Shown: positions 44,110 to 51,621 of the stretch, in pieces
Layout: the number at the start of each line of letters is the position of its first letter
Numbering within the stretch: position 1 is the stretch's first letter
NCBI GenBank assembly: GCA_002070095.1
Contig: MWCR01000005.1
Coordinates: 5,463 to 69,462, forward strand
Direction of reading: 5' to 3'
Length of the DNA stretch: 64,000 nucleotides
Source: Parcubacteria group bacterium ADurb.Bin192
Lineage (GTDB): Bacteria > Patescibacteriota > Patescibacteriia > 2-12-FULL-60-25
Notes under the pieces: generated by a model
Databases searched by the model: none
What the model was told of the DNA's origin: nothing
The model's input: the letters and a program-made list of their open reading frames with translations, nothing else
Made by a program: the position numbers and the translations under genes

Positions 44110-44490
44110 GATAAAAGTATAACAGATTATGATGCTGATGGTGATTTGGTGAAGAGATCCTGAAACAAGTTCAGGATGACGAAAGGAGAAACAGGATAAT
44201 AGGAGTGAGATGCTGAACTGAATTCAGCATGACGGAAGAATAAATCTAACCCCCTATCGTCATCACATGCCACCCACGGTCATCCTGAACTTGTTTCAGG
44301 ATCTCTAAACTCAATAACCACTGTTATTCAGTATGATTAGGAGTTAGATCCTGAACTGAATTCAGGATGACAGAAGGAGAAACAGGATAATAGGAGTGAG
44401 ATGCTGAACTGAATTCAGCATGACGGAAGAAGGAATCAGCCCCCAATCGTCATCACACGCCACCCACGGTCATCCCGAACTCCCAAATCG

Positions 44491-44805
44491 TCATCCTGAA
44501 CTTGTTTCAGGATCTCCAACCAATCCACCAAACAAATCTTCAAAACAAGGATTGTCTTTTAAGACTAAATTAATCTTCCAATCTCTGTGCCATCTTTTCA
44601 GTTGTTTTTCTCTTTCAATGGCCACGATAGGACTATTGGCGATTTCATAATAAACCAATTTAGTAATGTTATATTTCTTGGTGAAACCTTGGACTAAACC
44701 TCTTTTATGTTCGTCTACCCTTCTCAACAAATCATTAGTTACCCCGATATAAAATACGGTATTGACTGAATTAGTCATGATGTAAACATACATGTTTTTT
44801 GGCAT
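44491..44805 (-). CDS. GIY-YIG nuclease family protein, copy 2 (identical)
   Basis: Identical 104-aa translation, 696 bp from copy 1. Confidence 0.85.
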   Translation of the reverse strand: MPKNMYVYIMTNSVNTVFYIGVTNDLLRRVDEHKRGLVQGFTKKYNITKLVYYEIANSPIVAIEREKQLKRWHRDWKINLVLKDNPCFEDLFGGLVGDPETSSG

Positions 44806-45029
44806 GATAAAAGTATAACAGATTATGATGCTGATGGTGATTTGGTGAAGAGATCCTGAAACAAGTTCAGGATGACGAAAGGAGAAACAGGATAATAGGA
44901 GTGAGATGCTGAACCCCCACTATGTCTTACGACTTCGAGGGGCACGTAAATTCAGCATGACGGAAGAAGCAGGATGGCTGATAGGTTCAGGATGACGAAA
45001 TAGCTTAGCGTAACAATTTGGTTGTTCCT

Positions 45030-45066
45030 ATAAAAAAATAGAGGCGGCTTGTAGTAAGCCGCCTCG
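45030..45066 (-). terminator. intrinsic terminator for gene B (minus strand)
   Basis: The minus strand reads gaggcggctt-actac-aagccgcctc followed by tattttttta. 10-bp GC-rich stem plus T-run. Confidence 0.7.
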
Positions 45067-45175
45067 AGTCACCTCCTTGTCCCGCAATACCGCGGGACGT
45101 TTGAGTTGAGTTCAACTGCGCGATTGTCCCCCATCCCTACGCAGGACGCGGGACGTGCGACGAGCGACGTGGACC

Positions 45176-47065
45176 CTATTGGTTGTAAGGATCCCACACC
45201 CGCCGGCAACCCTCGCTGTAGGGGTTGGTCGGCAAAGTCACGGCGACTGGCTGGCTGGTGGACGTCTCGCCGTACACGTTGTACTGGGGCGAGCAGACCC
45301 CGTTGACCTGTCGGCAGTCGTAGCACATGCCTTGATAGCAAGCGCCAACCGTGCCCGTGTACTCCACGAGGAACTTGACCGGCATCTGACTGGGGGGCAA
45401 AAGTGCCGTGACCCAGCCGCCTTCGGCCGAGCTGTACGTCATGGGAACGGTCTTGTCCCAATCCGTGACGTGGACGTCTGACCCGATGCCAGAGGGCGCG
45501 TCCATGATGATGCGAACCTTCTTGAGGTCGCCCTTGTAGCAATCGTTGTCGATGCCGTCCTCCACGACTTCGACGTTGCCCGGGCGACGCAGGTAATCTG
45601 CATCATTGCAGTCCGTGCCCACCAACGATCCGTCGCCATCCGCGTCGTTGGCCGAGGTTTCAGCCCACTTGGCGGTGAAGTAGAGATCGCATCCGCCGTC
45701 GTTGTTGGTGTGGAGCTTAGCCTCGGGCCAGGCCGCATGCTTCTTCTGGCCGTCCTTGGTCACCCAGCACTCGTACTTGAGCGCCGGAGCCAAAGGATCG
45801 GACGTGCAGCCCGAGTTTTTCCAGAAGTTCCCAGGCTCAGGATTCACGGCCGTGTTGATCTTGATGTAAGATCCCCATTCGGACGTGAACGTGATGTGCT
45901 GAGTCACGGCCGTGGCGGTGTACGGTTGACCGTTTGCGCCCCACTGCTCCCAGTCGGTGAGCAAGTGGTAGTAGCCATTGGCCCCGTCAGGAATCCCCTC
46001 GTCCGAGATGTACGTGTAGTACTTCGCGGACTGGTTATCCGGGTGAGTGATTTGACACTCGACCGTGACGGGCTGGGCTTGAACGCCCGAGTCACTGCCG
46101 CCCGTGCCAGCCGTACCGCCAGAACCACCAGCTCCCGAGCTTCCGCCCGTGCCGCCCGTTCCGGCGTCGACCGTGTCGAGGACGCAAACACCAGCTTCGC
46201 AGTGGGTGTCGGTCCCGCACATGTTGTTGCAGGGGTCGGCCGCATCTGCGTCGGTTCCGGTGTCAGCATCCATGCCGGCATCCTGCTCGTCGAGCTTGCA
46301 GGTCCCCGACTGCTCATCGCAGTGGGTGCCTTCGCCGCACATGCCGTTGCAGGGGTCGGTGTTGGCATCCGTGCCGGCGTCGCTGCCAGCCGAACCACCG
46401 GTACCCGCATCGGCTTCGTTGAGCTTGCAGGTTCCGGTCGCCTCGTCGCAGTGGGTTCCTTCGCCACAGTGGTTGCCACAGGAATCGGTGCCGGCGTCGT
46501 TGGTCGTGCCACCCGTACCGGCCGCACCGGCTTCACCGGCGCATCCGGCCGAACCGCCCGTACCCGAGCTTCCGCCAGTGCCGCCAGTCCCCTGCTCGGC
46601 CACGCACTGTCCGTTGATGCAGGACGTGCCCGTGGCGCACTTGCCGCCGCACGGCTCGTCGGCCACACACTGGTCGGTATTGGCGTCGCAGTGCGTGCCC
46701 GTAGCGCAAGCGCCGCCGCAAGGCTCGGTCGTGTTACCACCCGAACCTGCCGTGCCAGCCGAGCCCGCCGTTCCGCTGGCGCCAGAAGATCCGCCCGTGT
46801 TGGACGAACCACCGGAACCAGCGACTCCACCGCTGCCCGAACTTCCGCCGGTGCCAGCCGTGTTGTTGGTGCCGCCGGTACCGCTGGGCGGATTGGTGGT
46901 CGAACCACCCGTTCCGCCTGTGCCACTAGCAACGCACTGCCCGTCGACACACGAGGTGCCAGACGAGCAACGCCCTTCGCAGTCGTTGGCCGGCGGGTTC
47001 GTGGTCATGGTGTTGCCGTACATCGTCACCACAAACAGGACCGCCAACATCTTGATGCTTTTCAT
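45176..47065 (-). CDS. secreted cysteine-rich repeat protein with MopE-like metal-binding motif (high-GC gene B)
   Basis: I prefer the ATG at 47065 (MKSIKMLAVLFVV), preceded by AAGGAGA; the track start is 47155. About 8 Cys units (CGGACATGTHCDANTDQC, CGNHCGEGTHCDEATGTC ...), with GTGG/GSGG linkers. C-terminal domain with DADGDGSLVGTDCNDADYLRRPGNVEVVEDGIDNDC. Confidence 0.8.
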   Translation of the reverse strand: MKSIKMLAVLFVVTMYGNTMTTNPPANDCEGRCSSGTSCVDGQCVASGTGGTGGSTTNPPSGTGGTNNTAGTGGSSGSGGVAGSGGSSNTGGSSGASGTAGSAGTAGSGGNTTEPCGGACATGTHCDANTDQCVADEPCGGKCATGTSCINGQCVAEQGTGGTGGSSGTGGSAGCAGEAGAAGTGGTTNDAGTDSCGNHCGEGTHCDEATGTCKLNEADAGTGGSAGSDAGTDANTDPCNGMCGEGTHCDEQSGTCKLDEQDAGMDADTGTDADAADPCNNMCGTDTHCEAGVCVLDTVDAGTGGTGGSSGAGGSGGTAGTGGSDSGVQAQPVTVECQITHPDNQSAKYYTYISDEGIPDGANGYYHLLTDWEQWGANGQPYTATAVTQHITFTSEWGSYIKINTAVNPEPGNFWKNSGCTSDPLAPALKYECWVTKDGQKKHAAWPEAKLHTNNDGGCDLYFTAKWAETSANDADGDGSLVGTDCNDADYLRRPGNVEVVEDGIDNDCYKGDLKKVRIIMDAPSGIGSDVHVTDWDKTVPMTYSSAEGGWVTALLPPSQMPVKFLVEYTGTVGACYQGMCYDCRQVNGVCSPQYNVYGETSTSQPVAVTLPTNPYSEGCRRVWDPYNQ

Positions 47066-47145
47066 CGGTATCTCCTTGAACTTACGCGGTCTGAACCATC
47101 TTGGCCAGCCGCCTTGTTGCGCTGTTGTTGAGCCGCGAACGGGGG

Positions 47146-47253
47146 CTAAAAGCACCCCAACGAACGGAAGCGAAACACCGCCATTGCAATAAATATCGCT
47201 ACCGCCAAAATCAAAACCATCAACTCAAACCCGCGCAAACCCTTCTGATTCAT
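47146..47253 (-). CDS. possible 35-aa hydrophobic peptide upstream of gene B
   Basis: My translation is MNQKGLRGFELMVLILAVAIFIAMAVFRFRSLGCF, preceded by GGAGGATTTT. Below the ORF-track length cutoff, with no homology evidence. Confidence 0.3.
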   Translation of the reverse strand: MNQKGLRGFELMVLILAVAIFIAMAVFRFRSLGCF

Positions 47254-47394
47254 AAAATCCTCCCAAATATTACGCAGAGCTCCTGATGAGGCACCGCTTG
47301 TTAGTTGAACTCAATTTTCAAGGTGCGCCGTTAAGGTGCACCTTCTCGGGTAACCGGCCTTATCCAGGCGGTTTTCACCCGAAAAGAACCAACA

Positions 47395-47423
47395 AATATA
47401 GCATAAAAAAGCGTTTTTGTCAA
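47395..47423 (-). promoter_or_regulatory. near-consensus sigma70 promoter driving the small ORF / gene B
   Basis: Minus strand: TTGACA (47423-47418), 17-nt spacer, TATATT (47400-47395). Confidence 0.6.
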
Positions 47424-47516
47424 CCGTAGCAAGACAAAAAAACATCATCTTGTTAATCGGCTGACAAAAATATCAATATTTAGCCTAAAATTAGGTCAAT
47501 TAGTTGTCTCGGACGG

Positions 47517-47544
47517 TTGACAAATGCTTCAAAAATGGTATAGT
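47517..47544 (+). promoter_or_regulatory. near-consensus extended -10 sigma70 promoter with no obvious gene
   Basis: TTGACA (47517-47522), 16-nt spacer ending in TGg, TATAGT (47539-47544). Confidence 0.6.
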
Positions 47545-47550
47545 CAATTT

Positions 47551-48069
47551 GCTCCCAAAAAGACACCAAAAAACGGGGGTACGGCCTCAAGGCTCCGGCA
47601 TTGCAGGCGACACCACCAGGGAAGGCCTCTGCGCGATCAAGAAACAACCGTTCGTACCAACGAACGGCTACGCAAAACGGCCTTAGAAAGGGAACTTTCT
47701 AAAAGACCTGGCTGGAGAAAGAGGCTGACATGATCCATCCGGTGGCCCATACGATACGTTGTTTCGGAAGCCAGCTCGGTTACCTTGGAGGTGAGTCATG
47801 CTGATCTTGGCACTACTCACCACCCTGGCCATGTTTCTACTCTGGTTGTATTCACAACTCCAATCGTCCGGCAGAACTTCCAACAGTCTGCCTTGGCCCG
47901 ATATCAACATCGGATTCCAGCCTACGATTTTACTCTACCTGCCCGCCTCACCCATCAACCAACGCTGGGGCCTGCGCCCGGTAGCCAACTGCATGGAAGG
48001 CGGCATACGCCTTCCCGGCCGACAATTTCAACCCTCCCCGCGACCCCAACTAAAGGGGCGCTTATTTTT
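47551..48069 (+). ncRNA. candidate structured non-coding RNA or very long leader (unclassified)
   Basis: Downstream of the orphan promoter, with GC visibly above its flanks. Several perfect local hairpins: ccgttcg-taccaa-cgaacgg, agaaag-GGAA-ctttct, ggtgagt..actcacc, ggaaggcg-gcata-cgccttcc. Ends at a T-run at 48063-48070. No conserved motif of RNase P, tmRNA or SRP recognised. Confidence 0.3.
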
Positions 48070-48834
48070 TTACTCAGCTTCCGGTGTAGCCGTTTCCCAG
48101 ACAGCTTCAAACATAGCTTTAAGCATGTTGTACATTTCCTGGCTTTCAATCAAAAACACGTAGGGAATATCTTTCATGAAAAAAATAAAAATCTTGCCGT
48201 CCACAAACACCATGTCGCCGGTAAAAGTATATTTATCGTAAGGAATGGTTCTTTTTTGCCACATGTTTTTATCATACGGCGGGTCAGGCATGCCCGGCTT
48301 GATGGCTACGATGGCCCGGCCATGCGCCCGGCTGGTCAAATTCACTCTTTCTTGTTCGTTAACCTTGGACAGTTTAACCGTGCCTTCGTCGCGCGCCACA
48401 AAATTCAAAACCTCACCCTTGGCCTCACCGATCATGGCACGGCAAGTGCTCACGCCTTCCGCACCTTCAAAAAACTTAACCATGGGCTTGCTGCTGCCGG
48501 CCGAATTAAACAAGGCCATAAACAAAGGCAGAGCCTCCTGCAATCTGTTTTCTTTTTCCTGAATAGCTTTTTTCTCTTGATCGGTCAGTTTTTTCAGCAC
48601 ATCCGGGGACTCGGCCACAAACATGGTCTTTTTGCCTTTTTCAAACGTAGCCATCAAACCCCGGCGCTTTAAAGCCTCAATCATAACATAGGTGGTGGCG
48701 CGGTTGACTCCGGCTTTTTTGGCGATATCCTGCACACTGGCCGGCCCCAGTTCCAGCATGGCTAAATAAACCAAAGACTCCTTGTCAGACAAGCCATATT
48801 CAGCTAAACGTTCAATTAATTCTTTCATAACCAT
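48070..48834 (-). CDS. TrmB-family transcriptional regulator
   Basis: N-terminal wHTH LAEYGLSDKESLVYLAMLELGPASVQDIAKKAGVNRATTYVMIEALKRRGLM, followed by a ~170-aa effector-like domain. Confidence 0.75.
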   Translation of the reverse strand: MVMKELIERLAEYGLSDKESLVYLAMLELGPASVQDIAKKAGVNRATTYVMIEALKRRGLMATFEKGKKTMFVAESPDVLKKLTDQEKKAIQEKENRLQEALPLFMALFNSAGSSKPMVKFFEGAEGVSTCRAMIGEAKGEVLNFVARDEGTVKLSKVNEQERVNLTSRAHGRAIVAIKPGMPDPPYDKNMWQKRTIPYDKYTFTGDMVFVDGKIFIFFMKDIPYVFLIESQEMYNMLKAMFEAVWETATPEAE

Positions 48835-48874
48835 CTAAAATTAAATATCAATTAACAAATCTTCAAATCAGTCA

Positions 48875-50002
48875 TCACCATTGCGTTAAAACCGGCAAGG
48901 TCTTTTGAGCCGTCACCTTCCAGGTGTATTTGGAAGCGCGGGCAATACCGGCCATACGCAATTTTTGCGCCAAGCCAGGTTCATCGATCAAGCGATTCAT
49001 GGCCACTACCATGGCTTCGGGTTCGGCGGGCGGGAAAAAGACAGCTGATTCAGGACCGATAACTTCCACCAAAGCTCCCACATTGGAAGATAAAACCGGA
49101 CAACCGCAGGCCATGGCCTGCACGGGCGGAATACCAAAACCCTCATACCAAGCCGGATGGATCAAAGCTTGAGCCGCGTTAATCAGATATGGCATATCGG
49201 CTTCGGGCACATAGCCCAACTGAATAATGGAATCTTTGTATGAAGACGCGGCAATCGCCTTTTTGATTTCCTCATAACCAAAACCCGGGTTACCCACCAA
49301 TACCAAATTATTCGGATCCCCCACTCCGCGCCGGGCTTTAAACAAAGAAAAGGCTTTGATTAAATTAACCGTATTCTTTTTAGCTTCCAAACGGCCGATG
49401 GTTATAAAATAAGGACGGTTAAGACGATAACGGCTCAACCTTTCATCCAAGGCTTGCTGATCGGAAATCGGACGGTAAACATCATGATCCACGCCGTTGG
49501 GAGTGATGGCGATTTTTTCCGGAGGAATGCCGTAGCACTCGGCTATCTCTCGGCCGGAAAATTCGGAGACTGTTGCCACGCGTGAGGCTTTTTTAGCAAT
49601 ATCCTTGGTGCTTATTTCATGAAATTGACGGTCCCGTGCTTTATACAAATGAGGAAAACGATGAAAGCCTACATCATGCACCGTAACCACGGTTTTTTTG
49701 GGGATAACGCGCGGCAAAACATGCGCCGGCACAAATAAAACATCGGACGGACGACGGAGCATCTCCCAGCTTAGACGCAGTTGGGTCCAGCCCTTTTGCA
49801 AAAACCAGCGCGCGCGCACTTCATACCAATTATCAGGCAATTGCTCCAAACCTCCATGCAGCATCTCATTGGTATATAGAATCCAAGAGTTCTGGTCGCC
49901 TTGAGTCATCTTTTTCAGCTCCTGTATCAGATGCCAGGCATACCACTCCACCCCGGTTTTATTCTTTTTATTGGCGCGCGAAGCGTCTATCCCGATAATC
50001 AT
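48875..50002 (-). CDS. glycosyltransferase family 4 (mannosyltransferase-like)
   Basis: MIIGIDASRANKKNKTGVEWYAWHL...TIGRLEAKKNTVNLI...WYEGFGIPPVQAMACGCPVLSSNVGA. Confidence 0.85.
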   Translation of the reverse strand: MIIGIDASRANKKNKTGVEWYAWHLIQELKKMTQGDQNSWILYTNEMLHGGLEQLPDNWYEVRARWFLQKGWTQLRLSWEMLRRPSDVLFVPAHVLPRVIPKKTVVTVHDVGFHRFPHLYKARDRQFHEISTKDIAKKASRVATVSEFSGREIAECYGIPPEKIAITPNGVDHDVYRPISDQQALDERLSRYRLNRPYFITIGRLEAKKNTVNLIKAFSLFKARRGVGDPNNLVLVGNPGFGYEEIKKAIAASSYKDSIIQLGYVPEADMPYLINAAQALIHPAWYEGFGIPPVQAMACGCPVLSSNVGALVEVIGPESAVFFPPAEPEAMVVAMNRLIDEPGLAQKLRMAGIARASKYTWKVTAQKTLPVLTQW

Positions 50003-50009
50003 GTCAACA

Positions 50010-50495
50010 GTATAACATATTCACGAAACATGCAGCACGTAACATGCAACAACACCCTACAACAAAACTAACATTGTCATTGCGAGCGGAGCGTAGGCGG
50101 AGCGCGGCAATCTGCTTAGACAACTGGCTAATTAGCGAGATTGCCACGGTACGGCACTCGCGAGTGCCGTACCACGGTACGGCGTTCGCGAACGCCGTAC
50201 CGTGCTCGTCGGACTCGCTCGCAATGACATGATTGTTGTTTTGTCATTCCTGCGGAGGCAGGAATCCACGGAGCCAGGGAACCCTCTCTTAATCCCTTCG
50301 ACTGCGCTCAGGGCAGACTTAAGAGAGGGCAGGGTGAGTTTATAAACCAAAACCCCGCGTTCCCCACTCCGCTGACCCAACTTCGCATAAAGCTTCGATG
50401 GATTCAGCTTCGTGGGACAAGGCGCGAGGATGACGAAGGTTCGCTAACGCGGGACGATTGGGACGTGCGACGTAGGACGTTATATATGTTACGAG
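50010..50495 (+). repeat. intergenic cluster of hairpin modules and heptamer arrays
   Basis: Heptamers aacatgc/agcacgt (about 50027-50047). Expanded long hairpin gtcattgcgag...ctcgcaatgac (50076-50228) with two nested ggtacgg..ccgtacc stems. gtcattcctgcggaggcaggaatccac (50243-50269). The ccctctcttaa...ttaagagaggg module is in the opposite orientation to the 36.9-kb copy. GACGNNN array at about 50447-50495, overlapping the mreB stop. Confidence 0.85.
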
Positions 50496-51496
50496 TTGCC
50501 CAAAATACTTCGTTTATATGAATCCAAATTCTCCAGCGCCACGCCCGTGCCCTTGGCCACGCAATATTGAGGTTCATCAGCCACAAAAGCCGGAATGCCC
50601 GTGGCTTCGGATATAATCCGATCCAAATTGCGCAACTGCGAACTGCCGCCGGATAAAACTACGCCTTTTTCCATCACATCAGCCGACAGCTCGGGCGGCG
50701 TGTTGCGCAGAACTTCTTTCATGGTATCGATTATGCCGTGCAATTCGTGTTGAATGGCATCCGTTATATCATCCGAACTAATGCCCACAATGCGAGGCAG
50801 ACCGCTGATCATGTCGCGGCCCTTGATTTCCATTTCCAATTTATTCTCCAAATACAAAGCCGAACCAATCCTGATCTTGGCTTCTTCGGCCGTGCGTTCG
50901 CCGATAGCCAAACCGTACTTGCGGCGCACATGCTCTTGAATGGCCAAATCCAGCTTATTGCCTCCGATACGTACGGATGAGGAAGAAACAATCCCTCCCA
51001 AAGAAATAACCGCGATCTCACTCGTACCTCCTCCGATGTCCGTAATCATGTGACCCGAGGGTGATCCAATGGGAATATCCGCTCCGATGGCCGCCACAAT
51101 CGGTTCTTTGATGATATAAGCCGCGCGCGCTCCGGCCGCGATAGTGGCATCGATCACGGCACGCCGTTCCGTGGAAGTAATCCCGCCGGGCACAGCCACC
51201 ATGACTTCGGGTCTGAAAAATCTGATACTGCCCAAAGCTTTGTTTAAAAAATATCGCAACATGGCTTCGGTGGTGTGATAGTCCGCGATTACCCCGTCTT
51301 TTAAGGGCCGGCGCGCCACAATAGTATCCGGAGTGCGTCCGATCATGTCCTTGGCTTCTTTACCCACGGCCAAAACCCTTTTATCCGCCACCGAAACAGC
51401 CACTACGGACGGCTCGTTGATAACAATGCCTTTTTTGGGGATATACACCAAAACAGTGGTCGTGCCCAAATCAATAGCAACTTTTTTTGCCAGCAT
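50489..51496 (-). CDS. mreB: rod shape-determining protein MreB
   Basis: The ATG at 51496 gives MLAKKVAIDLGTTTVLVY. Actin-fold motifs DIGGGTSEIAVISLGG and VLSGGSSQLRNLD. Confidence 0.9.
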   Translation of the reverse strand: MLAKKVAIDLGTTTVLVYIPKKGIVINEPSVVAVSVADKRVLAVGKEAKDMIGRTPDTIVARRPLKDGVIADYHTTEAMLRYFLNKALGSIRFFRPEVMVAVPGGITSTERRAVIDATIAAGARAAYIIKEPIVAAIGADIPIGSPSGHMITDIGGGTSEIAVISLGGIVSSSSVRIGGNKLDLAIQEHVRRKYGLAIGERTAEEAKIRIGSALYLENKLEMEIKGRDMISGLPRIVGISSDDITDAIQHELHGIIDTMKEVLRNTPPELSADVMEKGVVLSGGSSQLRNLDRIISEATGIPAFVADEPQYCVAKGTGVALENLDSYKRSILGNS

Positions 51497-51621
51497 AAAA
51501 CATGAAATTAACAGCTTTGCATCCAAAAATGAACACTAAAGGTATGCAATTTATTAAATAAAACAAAAACAACGTGCCCTCATCTCACCATTCACGCACG
51601 CAAAAGACAAGTCTTGATAAG

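Larger units (their letters stand above)
43583..44974. repeat. tandem duplication (period 696 bp) of a GIY-YIG cassette plus flanking hairpin modules
   Basis: 43583-44218 versus 44279-44914: I found only one mismatch (g/a at about 43611/44307), and the two nuclease ORFs translate identically. Copy 2 then carries a 34-nt insertion (44915-44948) in a hairpin loop. Confidence 0.9.

Noticed and set aside
43724-44650. ORFs 43724..43954 and 44420..44650 (76 aa, MTEEGISPQ..).
   Set aside because: They are antisense to the GIY-YIG genes and their N-terminal part is translated hairpin repeats.
41679-47192. Many long ORFs in all frames in the high-GC stretches (for example 41679..43049 -, 42103..43044 +, 42353..42964 +, 45710..47131 +, 45904..46950 -, 46104..47192 +, 45069..45542 -).
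   Set aside because: These are shadow ORFs expected in high-GC DNA. Their translations are Arg/Ala/Pro/Gly-rich low complexity. Only 41778..43364 (+) and 45176..47065 (-) have an SD, a signal peptide and a coherent Cys-repeat architecture.
47146-47253. The small peptide might be a type IV prepilin (KGLRGFELMVLILAV resembles G-F-T-L-I-E).
   Set aside because: There is no Glu at +5 after the Gly, it is only 35 aa with no pilin globular domain, and no pilus genes are nearby.
41606-47260. The high-GC segments might be a chimeric assembly.
   Set aside because: This is not fully excluded. However, the low-GC GIY-YIG cassette with resident hairpins lies between them, and a resident GACGNNN module abuts the gene B stop. 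Both genes also have promoters and terminators continuous with low-GC flanks, which argues for real integration. Read mapping is needed.
47551-48069. The region could be RNase P RNA, tmRNA or SRP RNA.
   Set aside because: I could not find the universally conserved boxes on either strand: GGAAAGUCC and ACAGAA..GGCUUA; the tRNA-like T-arm, CCA end and Ala-rich tag; or the GGAAG..AGCAGC SRP domain IV. I therefore left it as an unclassified candidate only.
47798-48163. 121-aa ORF with a good SD (GGAGGTGAGTC-ATG) and an N-terminal hydrophobic helix.
   Set aside because: It reads through the T-run at about 48063-48070 and overlaps the 3' end of the convergent TrmB gene by 94 nt. Its sequence is Pro/Arg/Gly-rich after the first 20 aa. 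I kept it only as an alternative explanation in the ncRNA finding.
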